This document shows positions 1 to 9,640 of a DNA stretch of 57,604 nt, piece after piece. Source of the stretch: Candidatus Psychracetigena formicireducens. GTDB taxonomy: Bacteria > Coprothermobacterota > HKB111. The stretch spans positions 1-57,604 of the forward strand of contig QLTW01000001.1 in assembly GCA_018725125.1 (NCBI GenBank). Direction: 5' to 3'. Each line of letters begins with the position of its first letter. Position 1 is the first letter of the stretch. The translations under genes and the position numbers were made by a program. The notes under the pieces were generated by a model. That model was not told where the DNA came from. It did not search any database and worked only from the letters and a program-made list of their open reading frames with translations.

Positions 1-2
1 TA

Positions 3-146
3 AACAGGAATGGTGAGATATTTAAGTGTAGGAATTGTGACTGCACTCTGGATGCTGATTGGAATGCATCTTTAAATATCTTGAATCTTGGTTTAACCCA
101 GCAGTCTATGGTCGCTGGAAATATGAAAGGCAATATTTGTCTATAA
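3..146 (+). CDS. tnpB: TnpB/OrfB-like RNA-guided nuclease (IS200/IS605 accessory gene). Only the C-terminal 47 codons are present; the gene starts upstream of the window
   Basis: Frame 3 reads NRNGEIFKCRNCDCTLDADWNASLNILNLGLTQQSMVAGNMKGNICL-stop. This is the second CxxC of the OrfB zinc ribbon followed by the RuvC-III DADxNAxxNI motif. Confidence 0.7.
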   Translation, partial: NRNGEIFKCRNCDCTLDADWNASLNILNLGLTQQSMVAGNMKGNICL

Positions 147-229
147 AATTGTCAACTATTCACAATCATTAATTTTAGCCTTAATAACTTATGGTAAAAT
201 AAACTCAACTCAAAAGAAAGGAGAAAAAA

Positions 230-1252
230 ATGATTAAAATTGGCATTAACGGATTCGGTAGAATAGGAAGGCAGGTTTTTAAAGCTTTTCACGATTATTA
301 TTCCGATAAAGTTGAAGTGGTTGCCATTAACGATATCACTGATACACCTACGCTGGCTCACCTGTTAAAGTATGATTCCAATTATGGCCGTTTTGAAGGT
401 AGTATTGAAGCCACTTCCGAATTTATTAAAATAAACGGTAAGTCCGTTAAAGTGTATTCTCAAAAGGACCCCGCCCTGATACCCTGGGAAGATACCGAAG
501 CAGAGCTGATTATTGAGTCTACAGGGAGATTTACCCATGTTAAATATGCTAGTACTCATATAAAAGGTAGGGTTAAAAAAGTATTAATATCATCCCCAGC
601 AAAAGGGGAAGATATTACCCTGGTTTTGGGTGTTAACCACCAGCTTTATAATTATGAAAAACACCATATAATATCTATGGCTTCCTGTACTACCAACAGC
701 CTGGCACCGGTTTCCAAAGTTTTACTGGATTATTTTGGTATTGAAAAGGGATTAATGTCTACCATACATGCTTATACCAATGACCAGAGGATTTTGGATT
801 TACCTCATGATGATTTAAGGCGAGCCCGGGCAGCAGCCATTAACCTTATACCTACCTCCACTGGTGCTGCTAAAGCTATAAGTCTGGTACTTCCTGCCCT
901 GGAAGGAAAAATGCACGGTATTGCCCTGAGGGTTCCTCTTTCCACGGTGTCTTTAACCGACCTTACGGTGGTGGCTTCTAAAAATACCACCATAACCGAG
1001 GTAAATGAAGCTTTTAAAAATGAATCCCTCCATGCCCTGAAAGGCGTCCTCGGTTACACTGAAGAACCATTAGTATCCAGTGATTTTAAAGGTACAACCT
1101 ATTCCACAGTTGTTGATGGTATCTCTACCGTAGTAATCGGTGGTAACCTGATAAAAGTTCTTGCCTGGTATGATAACGAATGGGGTTATGCGGTAAGGTT
1201 AGCTGATGCAGTCATTTATGTCATGACTGGAAATTATCATATTACGGGGTAA
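230..1252 (+). CDS. gap: Type I glyceraldehyde-3-phosphate dehydrogenase
   Basis: 340-aa ORF with INGFGRIGR Rossmann motif and ASCTTNSLAP active-site motif. SD aaaggag lies upstream and pgk follows. Confidence 0.95.
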   Translation: MIKIGINGFGRIGRQVFKAFHDYYSDKVEVVAINDITDTPTLAHLLKYDSNYGRFEGSIEATSEFIKINGKSVKVYSQKDPALIPWEDTEAELIIESTGRFTHVKYASTHIKGRVKKVLISSPAKGEDITLVLGVNHQLYNYEKHHIISMASCTTNSLAPVSKVLLDYFGIEKGLMSTIHAYTNDQRILDLPHDDLRRARAAAINLIPTSTGAAKAISLVLPALEGKMHGIALRVPLSTVSLTDLTVVASKNTTITEVNEAFKNESLHALKGVLGYTEEPLVSSDFKGTTYSTVVDGISTVVIGGNLIKVLAWYDNEWGYAVRLADAVIYVMTGNYHITG

Positions 1253-1308
1253 AAATAACATTATAAGATCAACTCTTAATTAAACAAATCCTTTAAAGGA
1301 GGTTTTTA

Positions 1309-2490
1309 GTGGATAGCTTAACTATAAGGGATGTTGATTTAACCGGAAAAAGAGTAATTATGAGGGTGGATTATAATGTTCCCTTAGCTCCGGATAGTTC
1401 AATTAACGATGATTCTCGTATAAAAGCCACCATTCCCACTATACGCTATCTCCAAGATAGGAAAGCCTCTATTATTCTTGTTTCCCATCTTGGTAGGCCC
1501 AAGGGGAGAGATTCTCGCTTTAGCTTAATACCAGTAAAAGGACGTCTGGAAAAATTATTAGTTCAAGAAATTATTTTTGCTGAGGATTTATTTAGCGAAG
1601 AAACTGAAAAAATATCTCAAAACCTTAAGCCTGGCGAAATTATGCTGCTGGAAAATATCAGATATTATCCAGGTGAAGAGGAAAACAGCCCTATACTCTC
1701 CGAAGCTATATCTCGTCTCGGTGATATTTATGTAAATGAAGCCTTTTCCGCTTCCCACCGAGCCCACGCCTCCACCTATGGAGTTCCCACGATTTTGCCC
1801 GGTTACGCTGGAATTTTGCTGGAACAGGAGGTAAATTACCTCACTCTTGTTGGCGACCAACCTAAAAAACCGATGGTTTTACTTCTCGGAGGGGCTAAAG
1901 TATTGGATAAGTTAGGTATTATTGATAAGCTACTTCCTGGGGTGGATGTCCTTATCATCGGAGGTGGAATGTGTTTTACTTTTCTTAAAGCTTTAGGCAT
2001 GAACATTGGCAAATCAATTCAGGAAGAAGATAAATTAGAAGTCGCCCGAGAGATAATCAATCGGGTTCAAAAAGAAAGTAAAAAGATACTACTGCCGATA
2101 GATGTGGTAGTGTCATCCTCGCTGGCTCCAGATGCTACTGGTGAAATTATAGAAGCAAGAAAAATGAAAAACGGAGATATGGGTTTGGATATCGGTCCTC
2201 AGACGGTTAAACTATTTACCGAAGAAATTCTTAGAGCAGCTACTATTTTCTGGAATGGACCAATGGGGGTTTTTGAGTTAGAAGCTTTCTGGGAAGGCAC
2301 CAGAAGAATTTTGGAAGCTTTTAAAGATTCCCAGGCGGTGAAAATAGCTGGAGGTGGTGATACCCTCTCGGCTATTGCCAAAGGAAATGCTCACACCTAC
2401 TTTACTTTCCTTTCTACCGGTGGTGGTGCTTCGTTGGAATTACTGGAAGGCAAAGAGTTACCCGGTATCTCTGTATTAAAGAAAAAATAA
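1309..2490 (+). CDS. pgk: Phosphoglycerate kinase
   Basis: 393-aa ORF, GTG start after aaaggagg. PGK motifs RVDYNVP, VSHLGRPKG and the C-terminal STGGGASLELLEGK are present. Confidence 0.95.
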   Translation: MDSLTIRDVDLTGKRVIMRVDYNVPLAPDSSINDDSRIKATIPTIRYLQDRKASIILVSHLGRPKGRDSRFSLIPVKGRLEKLLVQEIIFAEDLFSEETEKISQNLKPGEIMLLENIRYYPGEEENSPILSEAISRLGDIYVNEAFSASHRAHASTYGVPTILPGYAGILLEQEVNYLTLVGDQPKKPMVLLLGGAKVLDKLGIIDKLLPGVDVLIIGGGMCFTFLKALGMNIGKSIQEEDKLEVAREIINRVQKESKKILLPIDVVVSSSLAPDATGEIIEARKMKNGDMGLDIGPQTVKLFTEEILRAATIFWNGPMGVFELEAFWEGTRRILEAFKDSQAVKIAGGGDTLSAIAKGNAHTYFTFLSTGGGASLELLEGKELPGISVLKKK

Positions 2491-2569
2491 AAAACCAGAG
2501 ATTAGAGAGTATTTTTTTAGTATAATATATAAGCTGTTTTTAAGGATTTTTTAAGGAGGCATAAATTAA

Positions 2570-2809
2570 GTGCTTGGTAATAATATTTTTATAACCATAA
2601 TCTATGTACTGTATTTTGTCGTGGGGATAGCTCTTACCCTTATGGTAACACTCCAGCCACCCCGTGGAGAAGGCTTAGGTGCCATTGGTGGCTCAGCTCA
2701 AATGTTTAAAGCTAAAGACCCAGTAAGAAGGTTGATGGATAGAGTGATTATGAGCTTGGGAGCTTTTATGGTAGTCTTAACCATATTCCTGGTGGTCATA
2801 ACACTATAA
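2570..2809 (+). CDS. secG: Preprotein translocase subunit SecG
   Basis: 79-aa two-TM protein with the LQPPRGEGLGAIGGSAQMF loop typical of SecG. GTG start after aaggagg. Confidence 0.8.
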   Translation: MLGNNIFITIIYVLYFVVGIALTLMVTLQPPRGEGLGAIGGSAQMFKAKDPVRRLMDRVIMSLGAFMVVLTIFLVVITL

Positions 2810-2858
2810 TTTATTTTTTAAAACTTAAGTTTTTATCCTGACTTTGACAGTTGATTAT

Positions 2859-3155
2859 TTAAGAACCATGATTATATGATGGTTTTTTAAGCCGAAGTTC
2901 AACCCTAAAGCGGATTTCATCCAGGTCTTCTCCCTGTAAAAAGCGTGGGTGTTTTTTAGCAGTTCCAATAACATCTACTCCAAATTTCTCTAAAGCCCTT
3001 TGCTCCCCACTTCCCCACTTTTCAGGGTCTTTATGAAAATACTCATAGCAGAGCTTTAGTTTACACCCTTTTGCCCTTACAGAAAGACCTATAGCAGCAG
3101 TTGTTTTACCTTTGCCATCACCCGTATAAACTTGAACTAATCCTTTTCTTTTCAT
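2859..3155 (-). pseudogene. cobO: Cob(I)yrinic acid a,c-diamide adenosyltransferase (CobO/BtuR family), N-terminal half only
   Basis: MKRKGLVQVYTGDGKGKTTAAIGLSVRAKG carries the CobO P-loop. The ORF stops at 98 aa, before the VLDE Walker-B region. The missing C-terminal half is found at 10170-10387. Confidence 0.6.
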
Positions 3156-3274
3156 TCTGACTCTCCTTTATTATGTTTCTCTCCCTCCGTAACCAGAAAA
3201 AACATTAAAAACAAAATAGGTATAACACCAGGTTTGATCAGGTTGTTGGCTGGATTAGAAGATCCTGACGATAT

Positions 3275-3660
3275 TTATAGATGACCTTGAAAAGGCGTTG
3301 AATTTAATTTGAGTTTCTGGGGGTCAACTCCAAAAACATCATCAAAGTGAGATGAATCCCAAAAACTTATCGAAGGTCCATTGTAGATTACCTGTCCTTC
3401 TTTTAAGCAAAAATAAACTACACATATTGACATTTTATTAACAGCTATAACCTTCACCTTATCTCTTAGAAATCCAGGAGTGAATGTTATGGAAAAGTCA
3501 TTATCTCTGAGGCGAGTGGGTATTTCTCAAAGGATACTAAGATCTATTTCTATGAGGAGATTGATACTAATCTCTCGGCTCTATGTATCTAAGAGCCTTT
3601 CTTTGTCTGCACTTTTGTCCAGAAAAGAAGACTTATCTAAAATTAAAGATACAGAGGATA
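3275..3660 (-). pseudogene. Decayed ABC-transporter ATPase remnant, paralogous to the intact ATPase at 10698-11465
   Basis: The C-terminal stretch FCLKEGQVIYNGPSISFWDSSHFDDVFGVDPQKL parallels [34 protein letters not shown] of the intact gene. The upstream part is broken by stops and has no Walker A. Confidence 0.55.
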
Positions 3661-3669
3661 CAAGCTTTA

Positions 3670-4335
3670 TCATGATTTTCGATTAGGAATAAGTTCTAAA
3701 AAATGGTTTTTGCCCCTTTGTATCTTCTTGCCAAGCATAAATCTTACCGGTCTGCTGAAGATCGGTCCATCATAAACAAAGGTATGGTATTCGCCTCTCT
3801 CTCCACAAAGGTCAACTTTCATTTCTTTAAGGTCTGCTACAAACTCTTCATCGATCTCGCGTCCTAACCATTCTTTACTTAAAGAATCAGATTGAGTTGC
3901 TACGACAACTGCTTTAAAACCTATCTGAATAAATTCTTCAAGTAACTCCTCTCTTTTCCATTTCCATAATGGCAGTTTTGATTTAATATTTGATTCTTTA
4001 CATACCCTCTCTACCCAATCCCTATGCTCCTGAAGGTCGATGTCTCCAAAGATGCCCGCCTGAATTCTCTCTTGTTTTAAATAGGATACCGCTTCTTTAA
4101 ATACCTCCTCATAGTCTTCCCAGGTAGTTCTTCTTTGAAGAATAGGAATTCCTATTGCCTCTGCTTGCAGTCTCAATAGATCTGAGTAAATTCCATGAGA
4201 GCGGGAATATTCACCATCTTCTGAGACCATGTTTAACAGATAAGTGCTATTGATTCCTGACTTTCGGGCCTTATAAAACGATAGGCTGCTTTCCTTACCA
4301 CCACTCCAGCAGCAGAATGCTTTTATCCCGCCCAT
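3670..4335 (-). CDS. MJ0570/Dph6-like PP-loop ATP pyrophosphatase (diphthine-ammonia ligase N-terminal domain family)
   Basis: 221 aa. Has the N-terminal CCWSGGKESS PP-loop and the ...CGERGEYHTFVYDGP motif typical of the Diphthami_syn_2 domain. Confidence 0.7.
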   Translation of the reverse strand: MGGIKAFCCWSGGKESSLSFYKARKSGINSTYLLNMVSEDGEYSRSHGIYSDLLRLQAEAIGIPILQRRTTWEDYEEVFKEAVSYLKQERIQAGIFGDIDLQEHRDWVERVCKESNIKSKLPLWKWKREELLEEFIQIGFKAVVVATQSDSLSKEWLGREIDEEFVADLKEMKVDLCGERGEYHTFVYDGPIFSRPVRFMLGKKIQRGKNHFLELIPNRKS

Positions 4336-4605
4336 TTTTCTCTAAGACCACCTTGAAGTCTAAGTTTTAAATTTCTTAAGGCACTGCCATAATGTTTCAA
4401 TCTTTTCTCTCTCAAACACACCTTTCTTTGATTTATATGTTACCAAATATACCAATTCAATTAGTAACATTTTCTTTATGCATAGTTTTTACCTTCTTTA
4501 TGCTCTTGCAAGTCCTTTATATATATGGCTTGCGACCTATGTAGATTGAACCGTCTTTTTTAATTCTCAGCAAAAAAACAAAATATCAGTTGGAAAGGGC
4601 GGGGC

Positions 4606-5574
4606 TCATTCCTTCCTCAAAACATATCCGCAAACTTTACAGTGAAAAGTATTTTTTTCTACGCCAGCTTTACAACTTGGACATTCCTTTTGACCTTCTT
4701 TAGATTGGGGGATTCCACCGACCTCTTTTCTATAGATTTCGTAAAAATAAAGATGCTCCTTATTTAAAAAATCTATCTTGTAGAAATCTTTCTTTTCCCA
4801 GAACTCTTTATCTGAAATCCTTGAGCTAATAATCTCTCTTAATTTATCCATACCCGAGCCATACTCAAGGGGTCTTTTATTCTGCCAGGCGATCTCTTTT
4901 GACAAAACATCCTCAAGGGCCTTCCTCAAAACCCACTTTCCATAAATTTTCCCCTTTTCCTCCCTGACCTTAGACTCTACTGGTATATGAAGAGCAAAAT
5001 CAACAAATTCTCTATCAAGATAGGGCTGTCTTATCTTAATCCCAAAGAAATCTCCTAATCTATTAGAACTAAAAGACATAGATGAAGCAATCCTTTTTAT
5101 GTACTCATCTAGGTCTTCCATATTCCTTATCACGCTCTTTTGATGAAGGGCGGGGTTCATATAATCATAACCGGCAAAGAGCTCATCAGCCCCATCACCC
5201 GTCATTGCCTCTTTCAAACCTAATTCCTTAACGGTCTTTAAGCCAAAGTAAACTGCTAAGTCATTTGGAATAGCAGGGTCAAAGCTCTTAAGGATTTTAA
5301 CAACTGTGGGAATAGATTCTATGGCCTCGTCGATATTTACAGGTCTGTGGTAATGATTAAGGTTTAGGTGTTTTACCAAAAGCCAAGCATAAAGGATATC
5401 TTCCCCTGAAGAGCCTAAACTTACTGTTATTGCTCTAAAATTAGTATTTAATCGCACCAGAAACCAAGCCAAGATGCTTGTATCTACTCCCCCTGAGAAG
5501 AGCATACAGGAGGCAGCGTTTCTTTCGACTGCCATTTCTAACTCCTCCCTCAATCTCTTAACTAAATCTTCCAT
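4606..5574 (-). CDS. Asparagine synthetase C-terminal-domain protein (PP-loop adenylating amidotransferase) without a glutaminase domain, with a C-terminal zinc ribbon
   Basis: 322 aa. Has FSGGVDTS PP-loop, TGDGADELFAGYDY motif and a C-terminal CPSCKAG...HCKVCG ribbon. There is no Ntn glutaminase domain. Confidence 0.75.
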   Translation of the reverse strand: MEDLVKRLREELEMAVERNAASCMLFSGGVDTSILAWFLVRLNTNFRAITVSLGSSGEDILYAWLLVKHLNLNHYHRPVNIDEAIESIPTVVKILKSFDPAIPNDLAVYFGLKTVKELGLKEAMTGDGADELFAGYDYMNPALHQKSVIRNMEDLDEYIKRIASSMSFSSNRLGDFFGIKIRQPYLDREFVDFALHIPVESKVREEKGKIYGKWVLRKALEDVLSKEIAWQNKRPLEYGSGMDKLREIISSRISDKEFWEKKDFYKIDFLNKEHLYFYEIYRKEVGGIPQSKEGQKECPSCKAGVEKNTFHCKVCGYVLRKE

Positions 5575-6625
5575 AATACCTCCTTAAGGCTATCTATTAG
5601 TTTTATATTTTCTTCATGGCAGCGAACGGCTATGCGGGTAAAGCCTTCATTCAAACCTCTAAAATTTGAGCAGTCCCTTAATAAAATCTCTTTTTGAATT
5701 AGCCTTTCTGTTAAATAGGGAGAAGTTATACCTTTATCCACTATCCTGATAAGGATAAAATTTGCTACCGAAAGGTAGGGGAATAGTCCATCGACCTTTA
5801 AGATTTCTCCCATAAGGAATCTTCTCTGCTTCTCTATAAAATAACGGGTATTTTCAATATATCTACTCTCAGTTAAGGCAGAGGTTGCCGAAAGCTGGGT
5901 GAGGGTGTTTACAGACCAAGGTATCTGATATTTTTTCAGGGTCCTAACTATCTCGGGGTGGGCAACGAGGTAGCCAATTCTTAGACCTGGTATGGCAAAA
6001 AACTTTGTAAAAGTCCTTAATACAATAATCCTCTCGTCTTTCTGCACTTTCCATATCAATGTGTGATTCCTCTCATCTGATAAGAAATCCGTGAAGGCCT
6101 CATCTATAACTATTATTTTAGCTGGTAGTTTATAGAGTTCCTCGCTACCTTCAAGTATAAGATTCCCTATAGGATTATTTGGATTACAGATGAAAGTGAT
6201 ATCTCCACCCTTTACCTCCGAAAGGGTAAGTGTAAAATTTTCATCCCTATTAAGTTTTACATGCTGTATCTTTGACCCTACGATCCTTGCTGCCCTTTCA
6301 TATTCTGAAAAGGTCGGTATGGGTATGGTAACTATCTTTGGCTTGAAGGCATGTATGACCAGATAGATGAGTTCAACTGAGCCATTTCCAATAAGGATGC
6401 TATCTTTCTCTATTCCCCAATATTGAGCAATCTTCTGAGCTATATCATAGGATTCTGGATCAGGATAATGCAATACTCTATCAATATTTTCTTTTATGGT
6501 TTTCTTTACCTTTAAGGGAGACCTATTGGATTGATGTTGGCACTGAAATCAATTACCTCATCACCATATTTTCTTTTAATCTTATAAATGTTTCCTCCAT
6601 GTTCAAAGGCTAATAAATTGCCCAT
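5562..6625 (-). pseudogene. cobD: CobD/HisC-like class II aminotransferase (L-threonine-O-3-phosphate decarboxylase family), interrupted by a 1-nt frame change
   Basis: The N-terminal piece MGNLLAFEHGGNIY...VIDFSANINPIGLP ends at a TAA at 6512. The next frame continues LKVKKTIKENIDRVLHYPDPES... into the 303-aa ORF 5562-6473. The junction sequence on the minus strand is ataggtctcccttaaaggt. Confidence 0.7.
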
Positions 6626-6629
6626 TGTA

Positions 6630-7007
6630 AAACAACACTTCCTAAAACCATCAATAAAGATGTTAGGAGACTTATGTTTAAGGATTTTCCGATCAAAAAA
6701 GGCTCTATTTTTCTTTTTTCCTCTCCAATTATCTGCTTTCCTTCTTAATACCCTGTGAAAAGAACCGTTAGACATAGCGGTAGATCCACATATTGTTGAA
6801 TAACAGTTACAACCTGCTGCAAAATTTTCTTCCCTTGTGCTATTTCAGAAGTAAGATTAACATCATGTACAACTACTCCCATTTCAATCTACGAAAGTAT
6901 AAGACTCTGGATCAAGGACATGTCTTTAAAACGGATAGCCTCATACACCAGCCTGTTCACAATATTTATCTTTTCTCTCATTATCAGCACTATAACAACT
7001 CCTTTAA
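6630..7007 (-). pseudogene. Remnant of a pterin-binding methyltetrahydrofolate:corrinoid methyltransferase (MeTr/MetH pterin-binding domain), with two in-frame stops
   Basis: A single minus-strand frame reads MREKINIVNRLVYEAIRFKDMSLIQSLILS*IEMGVVVHDVNL...VIQQYVDLPLCLTVLFTGY*EGKQIIGEEKRKIEPF. This follows the GERIN...GA.vLDVN...vd.PLciDS...Gk.iiNS pattern of the Pterin_bind domain. Confidence 0.5.
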
Positions 7008-7071
7008 GATTTTAGAGAATACTTTAAGGGGTAGACCTTATATTTTTAGAACTTGCCCTCTTAAAGATTAA

Positions 7072-7704
7072 CTACTTCTCTATGTAATTCATAAGTTTTA
7101 TGACTGGATACTTATCCCAGAATTCAATGATATTCAAACATCCATAGTCCTGTTCGACCCTGAAGATATTCTCAAGTGGTATACCAAGAAGATGACAGAT
7201 AATTATCCTGTTTACTCCTCCATGGGCAACTATGGCAATATCATTGTTATGCCCTCCAATAATTTCATCAAGGACTTTTATAACCCTTTCCCTTACTTCT
7301 AAAGTGCTTTCACCGCCCATAGGACCATATTTAAGGGGATTTTCTGCCCAGGCTCTGAATTCTTCTGGATACTTCTTTTTTATCTCGTCATAAGTCATGC
7401 CCTCCCATATTCCAAAATTACGTTCCCTCAGTTCAGAAACAATGATAAGTTTAAGAGAATGTAGAGAATGTAACTTTAAAATTACCTCTGCACTTTTCAT
7501 CGCCCTGCTTAAATCAGAGGTATATATAGTTTTCAAACTTGTAACCCCTGACCCTTGAGTACTGACTCTATTTATGTACTCTGCTACCCTTTCCATCTGT
7601 TTCACACCCTTTTCAGAAAGTGGAACATCAATTGTCCCTTTATATCGCTTTACCTCCTCACCCTGAGTCTCGCCGTGTCTCATCAAATAGAGAGTCGTGA
7701 CCAT
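7072..7704 (-). CDS. cobC: Alpha-ribazole phosphatase (histidine phosphatase family)
   Basis: 210 aa with LYLMRHGET catalytic motif. Sits between cobS and cobD in a cob cluster. Confidence 0.8.
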   Translation of the reverse strand: MVTTLYLMRHGETQGEEVKRYKGTIDVPLSEKGVKQMERVAEYINRVSTQGSGVTSLKTIYTSDLSRAMKSAEVILKLHSLHSLKLIIVSELRERNFGIWEGMTYDEIKKKYPEEFRAWAENPLKYGPMGGESTLEVRERVIKVLDEIIGGHNNDIAIVAHGGVNRIIICHLLGIPLENIFRVEQDYGCLNIIEFWDKYPVIKLMNYIEK

Positions 7705-8489
7705 GCTATCACCATCAATAAAAAAATTATTTCTGTAATTTCACTAATCGCACCAAGTGTATCCCCGGTAAGACCACCAAATTTCCTATCAAAAAGACCA
7801 ACCCATGCACGGCTGGAAAAATATATTACTATCAGCAAAACTGCATAAAAAGCATGCTGAGAATTTGAAATAAAACTAAATAAAAATGTCTGCGGTAATA
7901 TCAATAATAGAAAAAGTATCAGAGTGGATATAGCAATTTCTTTAAAGCCAGTTCCGTTTATAAAAAGCCTTCCAAGTCCGTCCTCTCTCGCCGCTTTACC
8001 ATAGAACATTGATATAACCATGGTCCATTTTGATAGTATAGGCATTAGAAAAAGTGAAAAGTAAAAGGTGTGAGGGGAAAGGCGAGACAGACCATCTAAG
8101 GCAAGAAATTTCAGCAGGAGTGTAAGAATTAAAGCAACTACACCGATAGGGCCAGTTGTGCTATCCTTCATTATAGCAAGTCTATTTTGTCTATCAATTT
8201 CTGTGCTGCCCTCCGACCTCGCCGCAATGGCATCAATTGTATCTGAAAGCCCGTCAAGATGGAAACCTCCGTTGCTCAGCACAAGCAAAAGAACAAGCAG
8301 TCCATTTGTCAGCTCTTGAGGAAATACCTTTCGCAGGATGAAATTCACAGTAACAAGCAGTGCCCCTTGGAAAACACCTACTAATGGAAAGAGTCCGGAT
8401 GCTCTTCCAATCTCTCTTTCAGAGACATCTCCTTTCACTTTTACTGGTATTATCGTAAGAAATTGAAATGCAAGTAATATTGGTTTCAC
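7683..8489 (-). CDS. cobS: Adenosylcobinamide-GDP ribazoletransferase (cobalamin synthase)
   Basis: 268-aa polytopic membrane protein with the [11 protein letters not shown]-terminus and [10 protein letters not shown] motif. Overlaps cobT and cobC. Confidence 0.9.
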   Translation of the reverse strand: MKPILLAFQFLTIIPVKVKGDVSEREIGRASGLFPLVGVFQGALLVTVNFILRKVFPQELTNGLLVLLLVLSNGGFHLDGLSDTIDAIAARSEGSTEIDRQNRLAIMKDSTTGPIGVVALILTLLLKFLALDGLSRLSPHTFYFSLFLMPILSKWTMVISMFYGKAAREDGLGRLFINGTGFKEIAISTLILFLLLILPQTFLFSFISNSQHAFYAVLLIVIYFSSRAWVGLFDRKFGGLTGDTLGAISEITEIIFLLMVIAWSRLSI

Positions 8490-9538
8490 TGTTTTGATAC
8501 TTTCGCCTCTTCAAAAGTCGCCATCTCTTTATAAATCTTAAGTCCTGCCTCTATTATAAGCATAGCGAGGGTGGCGCCTGTACCCTCGCCGAGTCTTAGT
8601 TCAAGGTCGAGAATGGGTTTTAATCCTATCTTATGGAGCATTACCTCATGTCCTATTTCCATTGAATTATGAGCAGCAAACATATAATCCTTTACTTCTG
8701 GGTTAAGACAATAAGCTATCAAAGCTCCAGCAGTTGATATAAAGCCATCAATAACAACAGGAACCTTATTTGCTGCTGCACCTATAATTAATCCAGCAAT
8801 ACCACCAATCTCAGCCCCTCCAACTTTAGTAAGGACATCTAATGGATCTGAAGGATTTGGTTTATTTAAAGAAATTGCATCTTCAATCGCCCTGATTTTA
8901 TTTTTCAATACCTCATCACCTATACCCGTACCTTTACCGGTTACTTCTGACACAGGTTTACCTGTTAACACCGCAGCAATTGCAGATGATGGTGTTGTAT
9001 TTGCAATACCCATATCACCTGCAGCAAAGATTTTATAGCCTTTCTCTGTATATTCATTTGCAAACTCTATCCCAACCTCTATACACTTAAAAGCCTCATC
9101 TTTCGTCATTGCAGGGCCTTTCCTTATATTCTTTGTTCCCATGACGACTTTTTTTGAAACAAGCCCATTTATATTACCGAAATCATAATCAACCCCTATA
9201 TCAACGACTACTATTTCAGCCCCTGCATGCCGTGCAATGACATTTATACCAGCACCGCCACAGAGAAAATTAAATACCATTTGTCTCGTAACTTCTTTGG
9301 GAAAAGCTGAAACCCCTTCTTCTACGACACCATGGTCCCCCACAAAAATAAAGACAACTTTTTTATCAAGTTCAGGCACTGGATTCTCTGAAATCGCTAC
9401 CAGCCTTTTTGCAAATTCCTCAAGCCTTCCAAGGCTTCCCCGAGGCTTGGTAAGATTATCGAGCTGTGCTTGGGCTGTAACATACCATTTTTCATTTATA
9501 GTTTTAATTTTTTTCAGTGCACTATGCAGTAAGTCCAT
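8486..9538 (-). CDS. cobT: Nicotinate-nucleotide--dimethylbenzimidazole phosphoribosyltransferase
   Basis: 350 aa with [25 protein letters not shown] and LRLGEGTGA motifs. Confidence 0.9.
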   Translation of the reverse strand: MDLLHSALKKIKTINEKWYVTAQAQLDNLTKPRGSLGRLEEFAKRLVAISENPVPELDKKVVFIFVGDHGVVEEGVSAFPKEVTRQMVFNFLCGGAGINVIARHAGAEIVVVDIGVDYDFGNINGLVSKKVVMGTKNIRKGPAMTKDEAFKCIEVGIEFANEYTEKGYKIFAAGDMGIANTTPSSAIAAVLTGKPVSEVTGKGTGIGDEVLKNKIRAIEDAISLNKPNPSDPLDVLTKVGGAEIGGIAGLIIGAAANKVPVVIDGFISTAGALIAYCLNPEVKDYMFAAHNSMEIGHEVMLHKIGLKPILDLELRLGEGTGATLAMLIIEAGLKIYKEMATFEEAKVSKQ

Positions 9539-9640
9539 TTGTAAACTCCTTCTTTTTCCTGTCCTTTTTAGATTTTTTGGTCAGTTGTACCAACCTCTTC
9601 GCAATAACATCAAAACCTTTTTATTATTAAGTTATTACAC

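Noticed and set aside
3480-3686. 68-aa plus-strand ORF, and 6793-7071, a 92-aa plus-strand ORF.
   Set aside because: Both lie antisense to the pseudogene remnants (ABC ATPase and pterin-binding methyltransferase) that explain the sequence better.
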